IMG/VR virus record: IMGVR_UViG_3300036835_000563
Span: 1 to 25,914 of that record
DNA from: a virus
Lineage: Duplodnaviria; Caudoviricetes
DNA: 25,914 nucleotides
Direction: 5' to 3' (one strand)
The translations under genes and the position numbers were made by a program. This document shows positions 16,307 through 24,892 of the stretch, in pieces (position 1 is the stretch's first letter; the number at the start of each line of letters is the position of its first letter). Under the pieces are notes generated by a model, which worked only from the letters and a program-made list of their open reading frames with translations, was not told the origin of the DNA and made no database searches.

Positions 16307-17908
16307 TTACCTCCCTTCCCGGCGCCGCTGCGCCGCTGCTTCTTCCGCCCGTTCATTCGAGCGCCGCGCACTCGTCACCGTCGGATGTTCCCCGGCCGGC
16401 GCTGCGCCCTCGATCGGCGGTTGCGGCCGCTGTGTCCCGGCTTCCGCCTGCGCCTGCTGCCGCTGTTGCGCATTCTCGTAATGCGCTTTCGTCACCCCGT
16501 TGCCGGGAGGCGTGACCACATCGGCGCCCAGCAGCACATAGGGCGAACGCTGTCCGCCCGACTTCGTCGTAATGGGAGCCTTAAACCAGGGCGTACCGCC
16601 CACGCGAATCACAAAGCGGAAACAGGTGATGTCGTAATCGAACCAGAGATGAATCGAAATATCCTGCTTGATGCCGCCCGTTTTCGTGGCCGTCAGATAG
16701 GATTTCAGATCGACCAGCGCGATATCACCGGCTGTACCCAGCGCCGGCGCCACATCCGTCACCAGGATCGGCCGCCCCATCAGCGTGCCGTACGGCGCCG
16801 CCGATAAACCGCCCGGCGGCAGATAGGCCGGAAAACCTGTAATCGTGTTTCCGACACCGCCCGTCGGAATCGGAAAATAGAGCGACAAGAGCGCTGCCTG
16901 GCCCTCCTGGCTGGTGATCCAGACACCCGACCGCGAGGCGGAATAGAACGCCGTCCACATCTGAAAAATATTGGCCACCGTGATCGTCCCCGCAGCTTGC
17001 GCAGCATCCCGCGGCACGGTCACTGCCGCCGGCGAAGTATAAATGCCCTGCGGCTCCCCGGTACCGGTTCCGTTCAGAATGGCATCGTTGATTTTGTACT
17101 CCATCTTTTCCGGAGCCTTGCGCCGCAGCAGTGCCGCCAGCGCCGGCGCATCCTCCAGCAATTCATCCGAGACTGGCACCAGCACATACAGCTTGTTCAG
17201 CGATACCGTCACCTGATCGAGCGCCAGTTTGGAATTTTTCTTGAGCGCGCATTCCTTATCCCAATACGCCTGAATGCCCGCGACCGTATCCCAGGGAGTC
17301 GAGCTGTCAATCGGCACGATGACGCGATTACTCGATGTCGTGATGTTATCGGTCAAGGGCAAAAGCGAATCCTCCGCCATCAGCAGACTTTGAATATCCG
17401 TTCGAAAATCCGGAGGTACCGCATAGCCGCCATCCGCATTCACGCCTTCCGTCATGACGTTATCGGGAGGCCCCGCCGAATTGAGCAGCCGCGGATCGGT
17501 CGGCCGGCCATGAATACCGGCATTGCGTACCGCCTGCGCGAATTCGCCGAAATCGCGAAAGCCGAACGTCCCTGCCGCCCGGTTTTCCACCTGCACGCGA
17601 TGCCCGCGCACCGGCTGCGGAGCCGGCCGCTGCGCCGCCGGCTGCGCCTGCGTCCCATTGCCGTTCGCATGCCCGTTTGCGGCGCCATTCGGCGCCGGCG
17701 AAACCAGATGCTGGTTCACCACCTCGAGCTGCTCGCGCCGCCGGATGTCGGCGAGTACCGCTTCCTGCTCCCGCATCGCGCCGTCGAATTCCTGCGCCTC
17801 GCTATCGGTCAGGTCGCGCTGCTCCTGATCCGCCATCGCCAAAATTGCGGTAGCTCTCGCCTGTATATCTGCTGATCGCTGCCGTTGTTCCTGAAGTGTT
17901 ACTGACAT
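16307..17908 (-). CDS. HK97-family major capsid protein with N-terminal delta domain and C-terminal extension
   Basis: DGGYAVP, VSDELLED, ILNGTG.GEP.GI, TLMGRP motifs. Confidence 0.96.
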   Translation of the reverse strand: MSVTLQEQRQRSADIQARATAILAMADQEQRDLTDSEAQEFDGAMREQEAVLADIRRREQLEVVNQHLVSPAPNGAANGHANGNGTQAQPAAQRPAPQPVRGHRVQVENRAAGTFGFRDFGEFAQAVRNAGIHGRPTDPRLLNSAGPPDNVMTEGVNADGGYAVPPDFRTDIQSLLMAEDSLLPLTDNITTSSNRVIVPIDSSTPWDTVAGIQAYWDKECALKKNSKLALDQVTVSLNKLYVLVPVSDELLEDAPALAALLRRKAPEKMEYKINDAILNGTGTGEPQGIYTSPAAVTVPRDAAQAAGTITVANIFQMWTAFYSASRSGVWITSQEGQAALLSLYFPIPTGGVGNTITGFPAYLPPGGLSAAPYGTLMGRPILVTDVAPALGTAGDIALVDLKSYLTATKTGGIKQDISIHLWFDYDITCFRFVIRVGGTPWFKAPITTKSGGQRSPYVLLGADVVTPPGNGVTKAHYENAQQRQQAQAEAGTQRPQPPIEGAAPAGEHPTVTSARRSNERAEEAAAQRRREGR

Positions 17909-18657
17909 AGAGAGTCACCGCCCTTTACGTTTGATTTTTGGTACTGCTCGAACACCTTCCGCCGCATCGCCGAGGCCTGCGCCCGGCGTGCATCCGCCCG
18001 CGGCCGTTTCGCCGCCGAGACCCGCAACCAGGCCGGCATGTTGCGGAATTTCATGCCCGCCGGAAAACCCGCTGCAATCGGCAGCGCTTCCTCGACCTGT
18101 TCACCGAAACCCGCCTCCACTGCTTCGGTTGCCGTGAACCAGGTTTCCGCATCCATCCAATCGGCCAGCCGCTTGCGGCCGGCCGCACTATGCCGCTGAT
18201 AGGCATCGATCAGCGATTCTTTCGTTTCATCCAACACATCCGCCAGCTTGCGCAGCTCCTCCGCTTCGCCGAAGATCACCGCCGCCGGATTATGGATCAT
18301 GAACGAGGCATTCGCCGCCAGCACGATGCGCCTGGCCGCCATCGCAATCACCGAAGCGATCGACCAGGCCATGCCATCGATATAGGCCGTCACCGGCACC
18401 GGCGCGCGCAGCAGGGCGTTATAAATCCCGAGGCCCTGAAAGACATCGCCGCCTGGCGAGTTGATCCGTACCGCTACTTCATCGGCCGCGCGGATGCCGT
18501 CTAAGCGCTGCGCCACCGTTTTGGCGGTTTCGCCGGCATCGTCCCACAGCAGGCCGGAGCCGCCGATAGCATCGTACAGGTAAATCGTTTCGGTACGGCT
18601 GTTACCGCTAGCCTGCGGCCGTCTCGCCGTCCGGGCGGATAGAATGGTTTCCGTCAC
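17899..18657 (-). CDS. ClpP-type (S14) prohead maturation protease
   Basis: IYLYDAIG, INSPGGDV, DGMAWSIAS (Ser), MIHNP (His), ETWFTA.EAVE.GF; likely GTG start at 18657 after GAGGAG/AAGGA. Confidence 0.93.
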   Translation of the reverse strand: MTETILSARTARRPQASGNSRTETIYLYDAIGGSGLLWDDAGETAKTVAQRLDGIRAADEVAVRINSPGGDVFQGLGIYNALLRAPVPVTAYIDGMAWSIASVIAMAARRIVLAANASFMIHNPAAVIFGEAEELRKLADVLDETKESLIDAYQRHSAAGRKRLADWMDAETWFTATEAVEAGFGEQVEEALPIAAGFPAGMKFRNMPAWLRVSAAKRPRADARRAQASAMRRKVFEQYQKSNVKGGDSLCQ

Positions 18658-20191
18658 GTCCTTCAGCTCCTCTACTAGGGAATGGGGATAAGACACTGGG
18701 CGGAGATGGCTGCAACCGTCTCCGCTCCATCTGCACGAGCTGCAAACGCCGCAACGCTTGCGTACCCGCTTTCACATCATCCGTTGCCGGAGCCGCTGCC
18801 TGCTCCGGCGTAAACAAATCCGTGCCGCCGCCGCCCGTTCCTTCGCGCGTCGCATCCGGCGTCTGTTCGCCGCGCGCTACCAGCGCCTCCGTCTGCGCTT
18901 CGCGATAGGCCAGGTCCGCTTCCGCCTGTTCCAGCTTGACGTGTGCCAGCGCTTCGAATTCATCAAGCGGCACCGTATTCAGTTGCACGGTTCGCAGCTC
19001 GCCATTCGACACATTGTCGAGGTCTTCCATCTGCCGCACATCGTTAATCGACAGGAAGCCATAGCGCAGCCCGATCGAATAGGCTTCATAGCGTGTCTTC
19101 AGATCGCCCTTCAGGATCGGCGCGAGCGAGTGCCGCGTGAAAAATTTCGAGCTGCGAACGCTGCCTTCGAACAGCTTGTAATCGACTTCCTGCTGCAGCC
19201 GGATCGTGGCCGGCAAAAAAGTTTCATTGAAGCAATCGATTTCCAGGCTTTCGATATTCGCGTAACTCGCTTCCTCGAGAATGCCAATCTTATGCTGCGG
19301 CACGCGAAACCAGCGGCACACTTCCTGCGCCTGAAACTGCCGGCTCTCGAGAAACTGCGCATCCCGCAGCGGCAATTGCAACTGGTGATAGCTCAAGCCG
19401 TTCTCGAGCAGCGGCACTTCACCGGCATGACGCCAGCCCATGTATAAATTGCGCCAGCTTCGTTTCAGCGCATCGGCATGTTCCTTATCCGGCATCTTGC
19501 CCGGAAACTCCATCCAGCCGGAAAGAAACGGCGCATTCTGAAAACCGATGGCGCCGAATTGCTCGAGTTCCTTACCGAACGAAATCGTCTGCGCCGCCTG
19601 CGAAACCGTGCTCAGACCGAACACGCCATTGGTGCCGATGTTCCGCCAGTGCAGCATGTTTTCCGCTCGAATCGTTCGATCCTCTTCGCCTAAATTGCCG
19701 CGCACGAAATAGACAAGATTGCCGCGGCTGTCGCGCTCCACATCCACCTGGCAGGAAGGAATCGGCCAGAGCTGATAGGGATAACCGTCATTGCCCCAGA
19801 CGATTTCGGCATAGGCATTGCCCCAGCCCAGCATCTGCATGACAATCGCCTCGCGAAAATTCATGGCCGGCATGTCGTCGTTTGGCCGCCGGTTCAGCAG
19901 ATACCAGGTCCGCAGGTCGGAGCGTTGCCGCGAGGCACCAGAAGGCAGCCGTTCAAAAACTTCCCATTCGAGCATGGCCAGCGTTTCGGCAATGACACGC
20001 ATGCAAGCAAACACCGCCGAGTAAGTTAACGCCGTTTCCGGCGTCACGGGATAGGAACCCGGCACGCGCCGCGTTGCGATCCATCCGCCGGCCGCCTGGC
20101 GCGGATCGAGCCGGAACTGATTCAGGAAACGCACCGCACGCGAAAGCAAGGCCAGTACGGGATTTCGCGCCGCCGGCAGCGTGTTCGTCAT
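18608..20191 (-). CDS. HK97-family portal protein
   Basis: AL.YSAVFAC, LN.RPN, GNAY, DAQFLE.R, RWFRVP; start ATG20191 with GGAG. Confidence 0.96.
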   Translation of the reverse strand: MTNTLPAARNPVLALLSRAVRFLNQFRLDPRQAAGGWIATRRVPGSYPVTPETALTYSAVFACMRVIAETLAMLEWEVFERLPSGASRQRSDLRTWYLLNRRPNDDMPAMNFREAIVMQMLGWGNAYAEIVWGNDGYPYQLWPIPSCQVDVERDSRGNLVYFVRGNLGEEDRTIRAENMLHWRNIGTNGVFGLSTVSQAAQTISFGKELEQFGAIGFQNAPFLSGWMEFPGKMPDKEHADALKRSWRNLYMGWRHAGEVPLLENGLSYHQLQLPLRDAQFLESRQFQAQEVCRWFRVPQHKIGILEEASYANIESLEIDCFNETFLPATIRLQQEVDYKLFEGSVRSSKFFTRHSLAPILKGDLKTRYEAYSIGLRYGFLSINDVRQMEDLDNVSNGELRTVQLNTVPLDEFEALAHVKLEQAEADLAYREAQTEALVARGEQTPDATREGTGGGGTDLFTPEQAAAPATDDVKAGTQALRRLQLVQMERRRLQPSPPSVLSPFPSRGAEGRDGNHSIRPDGETAAG

Positions 20192-20205
20192 AAGACAAAC
20201 TCCGC

Positions 20206-20211
20206 TATGCT
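20206..20211 (+). promoter_or_regulatory. -10 box (TATGCT) 7 nt before ATG20219, probable leaderless promoter
   Basis: ccgcTATGCTgggaagcATG, same context as 151-169. Confidence 0.5.
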
Positions 20212-20218
20212 GGGAAGC

Positions 20219-20434
20219 ATGCAAGCGATGCCCTGGCAAAACGCCCTGGCCGTTTTTATCGGCACATTGCCGATTCTTGGCCTGATCGCTTGGAATCTGA
20301 TCGATGTTCGCAGCCAGTTGACGGAGATCCGCAAAGAACTGGCAGAGATACGGAAAGAACTGTCAAAGCTAACCGAGCGTGTCGCCACACTGGAAGAGCG
20401 TGACCGCTGGACGCATCCGGTAACACATCCGTAA
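20219..20434 (+). CDS. Small membrane-anchored coiled-coil protein (71 aa), antisense moron-like gene
   Basis: TM NALAVFIGTLPILGLIAW plus EIRKEL heptad repeats; fills the gap exactly between portal and the upstream gene. Confidence 0.8.
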   Translation: MQAMPWQNALAVFIGTLPILGLIAWNLIDVRSQLTEIRKELAEIRKELSKLTERVATLEERDRWTHPVTHP

Positions 20435-20438
20435 TTAC

Positions 20439-20681
20439 TCATTTTCCGAACGCTCCGTATTCATCCCGCCGCCACTCCTGCTCGGATTCGCGGACCGTCA
20501 ACCCGCCTAATGCCATCAGATCGAGCCGCACGATAGCCGGCCCTTCCGCACTCATACGCAGTTCGAGCGCATGCACCCCGAGTAACTCGAAACCATCCAG
20601 AAAAACCCGCGTACCGACCACTGGCCCGCCGCGCGCCGCGAAACCCTTCGGAACGACCACGTCGATATGCGGTCTGCTCAT
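20439..20681 (-). CDS. Hypothetical phage protein (80 aa)
   Basis: 4-nt overlap with terL; beta-rich GTRVFLDG.EL.GV. Confidence 0.7.
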   Translation of the reverse strand: MSRPHIDVVVPKGFAARGGPVVGTRVFLDGFELLGVHALELRMSAEGPAIVRLDLMALGGLTVRESEQEWRRDEYGAFGK

Positions 20682-22438
20682 AAGCCGGCCAATTCATCCG
20701 AAACCCCAGCGCCGCGCGCTTCCGCAAATCCGCGAAACGGAACCGTGCGAAGCTCCGAGCGCGTCATGTAGGCATGCGGCACATCCTGATAGGCGCGAAT
20801 CACGCGATCCGCCGCCAGAAACATCGCCACCGGCGCATCGATCTTATTCGCCCGCGTTTGCTTGCGCGGAAAATAATTATCATTCGCATCGCGCCGGCAA
20901 ACGACATTCGACACCATCCAGGCCACCGCCGGATTCCCTTCATGCGCGATCTGTCCGGAGAGCAGCCAGGCCTCGGTTTCTTTCATGGCCGGCGAAAAAA
21001 CAGCCGTAGTCTGCTTCGTGTCGGCAACCGGAATTTCAAACGAGCGCCGGTTGAGAATCGATAACAACGGCGGCAATTGCCAGGGGTCGGCCGCCAGCTC
21101 GCGCACCTCGTACCGCTTGCCGTCCGCTTCGAGCACATCCGCCAGCGCTTCAAAATCCTGAATGTTACCCGGCACGACCGTGATGTAACCTTGCCGCGCC
21201 CAGGTTTCGAGCAGCGCATTCTCTTCCTGCTCGAGTGCGCGCTCCGGAATCCACAGCCGGAACACGAGCCGGTGCTTCTCGCTCCCTGCCTGCGGAGGAA
21301 ACCAGAGACACTCGGCAATCAAGTCGCTCTTGGTCGCCAGATCCAGCCCGACATAGCAGAATTCTCCCGGCTCGGGCAACACAAAGCCGGCCGCCGCCTG
21401 GCGCCAGTAGCGCAGATCGAGCCAGGCCTGAAACGCCGTCACCCATTGATTCGCACGCGTCGTCTGAAACGCCGCCAGCGATGCCGGCGAATGCTTCGCC
21501 TTGCGCGCCAGCGACTCGATATCCTCCAGGTACACCGATACCCCGAGATTCGGATTCGCTTTCGGCCAGTTCGCCGCCTCGAGTGCGTCATCGCCTTCAT
21601 CGAGCGTGTAGATGGAACCGCCGACTGTCTCATCGGCAACCGTGCCTTCCAGAATCTTCGTCAGGTAGGAACGCACTTCATAACAGACACCGTACTGATT
21701 CGCGCCCGCCGTCGTAATCGCAAACAGCAGCGGCTGCCGGCGCGATCCGGTTGCCGTCTCGAGCACATCCCACAATTCACGATTGCGATGCGCATGAAAT
21801 TCATCCACAATCGCGCCGTGAATATTTAAACCGTCGAGATGTTTTCCTTCTGCCGAGAGCGGCTTGAAGGTCGAAGCCGTGCGCAATTGCGTAATCGCAT
21901 TCGCCATCGGCCACACGCCGAAGCGTTTTCGAAAACGCGCATCCCGTTCGACCAGGTGATGCGCATCGTTGAAGGAAAGACGTGCCTGCTCGCGTGTCGT
22001 CGCCGCACTGACAATCGTGGCACCGGCTTCGCTATCAGCGCACAGCAGATAGAGCGCCACCACAGCCGCTAATGTCGTTTTCCCGTTCTTGCGCGCCAGC
22101 TCGAGATACCAGAGACGAAAACGCCGCGCACGAGTATCGCGCCGGCGCCAGCCGAACAAGGTCGTAATTTGAAACGCCTGCCAAGGTTCCAGATGCATCG
22201 CCAAGCCGCGGCTGGCCCAGACACCATGCACATGTCCGAAACCCTCGAGAAACAGACAGACACGATGAGCCTGCTGCTGATCGAACCAATACGGCCCACT
22301 CTCGGACCAGCGCGCCAAGTCCTCAAGCTGCCTTTGGCAGGCCAGGCGCAGCCAGCGGCAAGCCGCTATCTCTCCTCGCGTCACCTGCTGTGCATACGCG
22401 AAAGCCGTAGCAACATACGGCGAAGTAACAGCAGGCAT
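20678..22438 (-). CDS. terL: Terminase large subunit
   Basis: LEPWQ, Walker A ARKNGKT, Walker B VDEFHAH, ITTAG, KANPNLG, GLDLA, KID; start probably ATG22438. Confidence 0.97.
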   Translation of the reverse strand: MPAVTSPYVATAFAYAQQVTRGEIAACRWLRLACQRQLEDLARWSESGPYWFDQQQAHRVCLFLEGFGHVHGVWASRGLAMHLEPWQAFQITTLFGWRRRDTRARRFRLWYLELARKNGKTTLAAVVALYLLCADSEAGATIVSAATTREQARLSFNDAHHLVERDARFRKRFGVWPMANAITQLRTASTFKPLSAEGKHLDGLNIHGAIVDEFHAHRNRELWDVLETATGSRRQPLLFAITTAGANQYGVCYEVRSYLTKILEGTVADETVGGSIYTLDEGDDALEAANWPKANPNLGVSVYLEDIESLARKAKHSPASLAAFQTTRANQWVTAFQAWLDLRYWRQAAAGFVLPEPGEFCYVGLDLATKSDLIAECLWFPPQAGSEKHRLVFRLWIPERALEQEENALLETWARQGYITVVPGNIQDFEALADVLEADGKRYEVRELAADPWQLPPLLSILNRRSFEIPVADTKQTTAVFSPAMKETEAWLLSGQIAHEGNPAVAWMVSNVVCRRDANDNYFPRKQTRANKIDAPVAMFLAADRVIRAYQDVPHAYMTRSELRTVPFRGFAEARGAGVSDELAGL

Positions 22439-22512
22439 CGGGGAGGATAACACCTGAAAAAAACCCTTTCCAACCGATCGGACACAGACACCGCGTTGCG
22501 GAGGAGCAACCG

Positions 22513-22980
22513 TCAGGTGTAGGTCATCGGTATCTGTGCCCAATGGTCGGAACCGTCGTCAGGGGAGGAATCCGCCAGCATGTTGATGCGTGTGCGCGCG
22601 GCCGGCGAGAATCCGAGTTCCTGAATGCACTGCCGCAGAATCACCGATTGTGAATTCATGACATGCACGGCCGGATGCACCGTGCGAATGCCTTTATAAC
22701 CGCGCGAGGTATAGCCGCTTTCATTCACTTCCTGTGCCGCCCGCACGTAGAGATCGAGCGCAATCACATACTGCACGAGAACGGCTGTGTCCACCTGGCG
22801 CACCAGATCAGGTGGACACGCCGCCAGCGTATCGCGCCAACTCAGACGCTGAAACTCATTCATCCAAACCGGCGCCTCGAGCGAAGGCGTGCCTTCCGGC
22901 TCCGGTTCATGCGCCGCTTGCCGGCACGGTTGTAGCGTGCCGTTCAATTGCTTGATGAGCGTCGGAACCGGATGTGACAT
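22513..22980 (-). CDS. terS: Terminase small subunit, P27 family
   Basis: PT..K.L.G, P.W, HPAV, ELGFSPAARTRI motif. Confidence 0.93.
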   Translation of the reverse strand: MSHPVPTLIKQLNGTLQPCRQAAHEPEPEGTPSLEAPVWMNEFQRLSWRDTLAACPPDLVRQVDTAVLVQYVIALDLYVRAAQEVNESGYTSRGYKGIRTVHPAVHVMNSQSVILRQCIQELGFSPAARTRINMLADSSPDDGSDHWAQIPMTYT

Positions 22981-23284
22981 GGCACCTTCCCCCTAAAGGC
23001 GCCGGAGAAAACATGGCAACTTCAAATTTTCCCTGCGCGCCCTTAGAACGTTTTGTTCAGCACTATAGCGCCGGATTTTTCCGAGTGCAAGCGGATTTTA
23101 ACAAAAATTGCGCCAGACTACGGCGCCTTCGGCGAAAGCCGCCGGCTTGACGCGGCCGAAGCCAGGCGAAGCGCGGAAGTCCCCGTTCAACCCCCGCCAC
23201 CCCAACTATTCCAATAGACGCGTATGTTCCAGGTAGCGTAGTACTTTTCCCATCGATGGAAGGTAGCATCAGATCCAGGCTCTG

Positions 23285-23380
23285 CCCCAAAGTGCCCGCT
23301 TCACACTGCATGCGACTCTAGCGCGGCGGGAACCGCTCCCTAGTCCATCCTCCGAATCTTTTAAACATCCCCCAGGCCTC
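23285..23380 (-). other. Probable cos (packaging) site region
   Basis: Non-coding stretch between HNH and terS, where cos lies in HK97-like phages; begins GGGGATGTTTAAAAG on the minus strand; exact cut site not determinable. Confidence 0.45.
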
Positions 23381-23435
23381 CACCGCATATTAATAACGCG
23401 CACGTGCAGGCGTAATTATTCAGGAATTTTGCTGA

Positions 23436-23768
23436 TTATTTCTTGCGATTTGTTTCGCGCGAATGGCAGGATTTGCATAATGCTTCGAGGTTTTCTTCCT
23501 CAAAGCGCAATTCCGGATAATCCCGTAACACCCGCCTATGGTGAATCTCCGCCGCGGCTGTCACCCGGCCGCGTGCCTGGCAGCGGACGCACAACGGATG
23601 TCGCATGAGGTAGGAACGGCGGAACTTGACCCAGTCGTAATCGTAACCGGCTTCATGCCGCGAGCGTTTCCCGGTCACCTGGCGCGCATGTTCGAGGCAA
23701 TAACCGTTGCGCTCCGCCAATCGCGTGCAATACGGCTGCAGACAGGAGCGGACCACCCGGATGGACAT
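23436..23768 (-). CDS. Terminase-associated HNH endonuclease (HK97 gp74-like)
   Basis: GYD..W...R..YL..HPLC..C, EIHH, NLEALC..CH. Confidence 0.93.
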   Translation of the reverse strand: MSIRVVRSCLQPYCTRLAERNGYCLEHARQVTGKRSRHEAGYDYDWVKFRRSYLMRHPLCVRCQARGRVTAAAEIHHRRVLRDYPELRFEEENLEALCKSCHSRETNRKK

Positions 23769-23932
23769 ACGCCTCGCCCCGGAGTATACTGCCTCCGACT
23801 ACCCCCGAGCCTCATGCTGCAGCCCGTTCCGCTCCGCTTCACTCTCCGCTGATCCCGCCGCATCTTTCCCGCGAACTACACTTTTGGCGAGCACCCAACC
23901 CCCAATTGCACACGCGCGACTCAAGATCAGCA

Positions 23933-23958
23933 ATAGAGAATAACTGCATATTCTCTAT
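23933..23958. repeat. Perfect inverted repeat ATAGAGAATA-ACTGCA-TATTCTCTAT
   Basis: 10-bp arms with 6-bp spacer in a divergent intergenic region. Confidence 0.85.
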
Positions 23959-23973
23959 GAACACTGGTAATAC

Positions 23974-23990
23974 CTAGATACTGTATCTAG
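23974..23990. repeat. Perfect inverted repeat CTAGATAC-T-GTATCTAG (operator-like)
   Basis: 8-bp arms with 1-bp spacer. Confidence 0.85.
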
Positions 23991-24063
23991 ACCCGCGCGC
24001 TCGCGAGAACATCGCGCGGCAGCCAGACTCGCGAACAAGCCCGTTTAGTATTACAATCCCCGA

Positions 24064-24420
24064 ATGCATACGACGCGCCGCGGCCAGACCCGTCTCGAGC
24101 ACCGCATCGAACATCGCCAGCGCGAATGTGCCCAGCTCCGAGAACAAATCGCCGACCCGCACCTGAACGAAAATCAGAAACGCTATCGACGGCAACGTTT
24201 AACACGCCTCGAGCGCGAAATCAGCGAATTGGAGCAAACGCTGCAAACGAGAGCAAGCGACCCAATCCCACTAGCGCCTGAATTCATCGCGAAAGATCGG
24301 CGCGCGCAGCAGACAGCCGAGGAGCTGGAGGTCTCAATCACCTTTCGCTGCCGCTGTCCCGAGTGCGGGAACTCTCATCGGCGCATTTTAAAACCAAACT
24401 TCTACGACTTCGCCGAATGA
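24064..24420 (+). CDS. Coiled-coil protein with C-terminal CxCxxC..H zinc-ribbon-like motif
   Basis: Heptad-rich N-terminus, FRCRCPECGNSH; TACAAT at 24052-24057, 6 nt before the ATG. Confidence 0.7.
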   Translation: MHTTRRGQTRLEHRIEHRQRECAQLREQIADPHLNENQKRYRRQRLTRLEREISELEQTLQTRASDPIPLAPEFIAKDRRAQQTAEELEVSITFRCRCPECGNSHRRILKPNFYDFAE

Positions 24421-24690
24421 TGGCGGCAGCGCCTTCACCAGGCGCGCCGCTTCGAATCCCGTCACCGCTAAGCAACCATCCGGCACATAGCGCCGCGCCG
24501 CTTCGAGCGTTTGTGTATAAGCCACGCCGGCACGCAGATTCGGCCGGAATTCATCAGCCAGGAACACCACGGCAAACGGCAGCGGAGGCGCGCTACGCAC
24601 GATCGCCCAAGCCTGCAGCGGTTCAGTGCTTCGCGCCGGCGTCGTTCTTCGCAGGCGAAGGCGCAATTGGCGCAAACTTCTGCCTTTCAT
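24388..24690 (-). CDS. Hypothetical protein (100 aa)
   Basis: Globular-looking C-terminal part; follows 24623..24844. Confidence 0.5.
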   Translation of the reverse strand: MKGRSLRQLRLRLRRTTPARSTEPLQAWAIVRSAPPLPFAVVFLADEFRPNLRAGVAYTQTLEAARRYVPDGCLAVTGFEAARLVKALPPSFGEVVEVWF

Positions 24691-24844
24691 GCAGCAAATA
24701 CGCCGCCAGCTGATCGCGCACCCTCACGGTTTTATCGCAACAGGCTTTCGAATCATCCGAACGCACGAGCGTGAATTGTCGGCACTTCGCGCAATACCGG
24801 CGGCGAATTTCATACCGCGGCAATTTGTACGGCCTTCGAGGCAT
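24623..24844 (-). CDS. Small basic Cys-containing protein (CxxC...CC)
   Basis: YCAKCRQF..KACCD; immediately downstream of the recombinase. Confidence 0.5.
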   Translation of the reverse strand: MPRRPYKLPRYEIRRRYCAKCRQFTLVRSDDSKACCDKTVRVRDQLAAYLLHERQKFAPIAPSPAKNDAGAKH

Positions 24845-24892
24845 TCGAGAAAATCATCGTCCCGAATTTCGAAAAACGCAAGAGGCCACCGG

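Noticed and set aside
16057-16371. 104-aa Arg/Asn-rich ORF after the capsid gene
   Set aside because: Overlaps the capsid end and the hairpins; the 40-aa ORF with a clear SD explains the region better
22438-22560. terS-terL fusion by frameshift (terL frame open from 22543)
   Set aside because: No slippery sequence within the overlap; the GGGTTTT run lies after the terS stop
23063-23311. 82-aa ORF in the HNH-terS gap
   Set aside because: No SD, no motif, and it lies in the expected cos region
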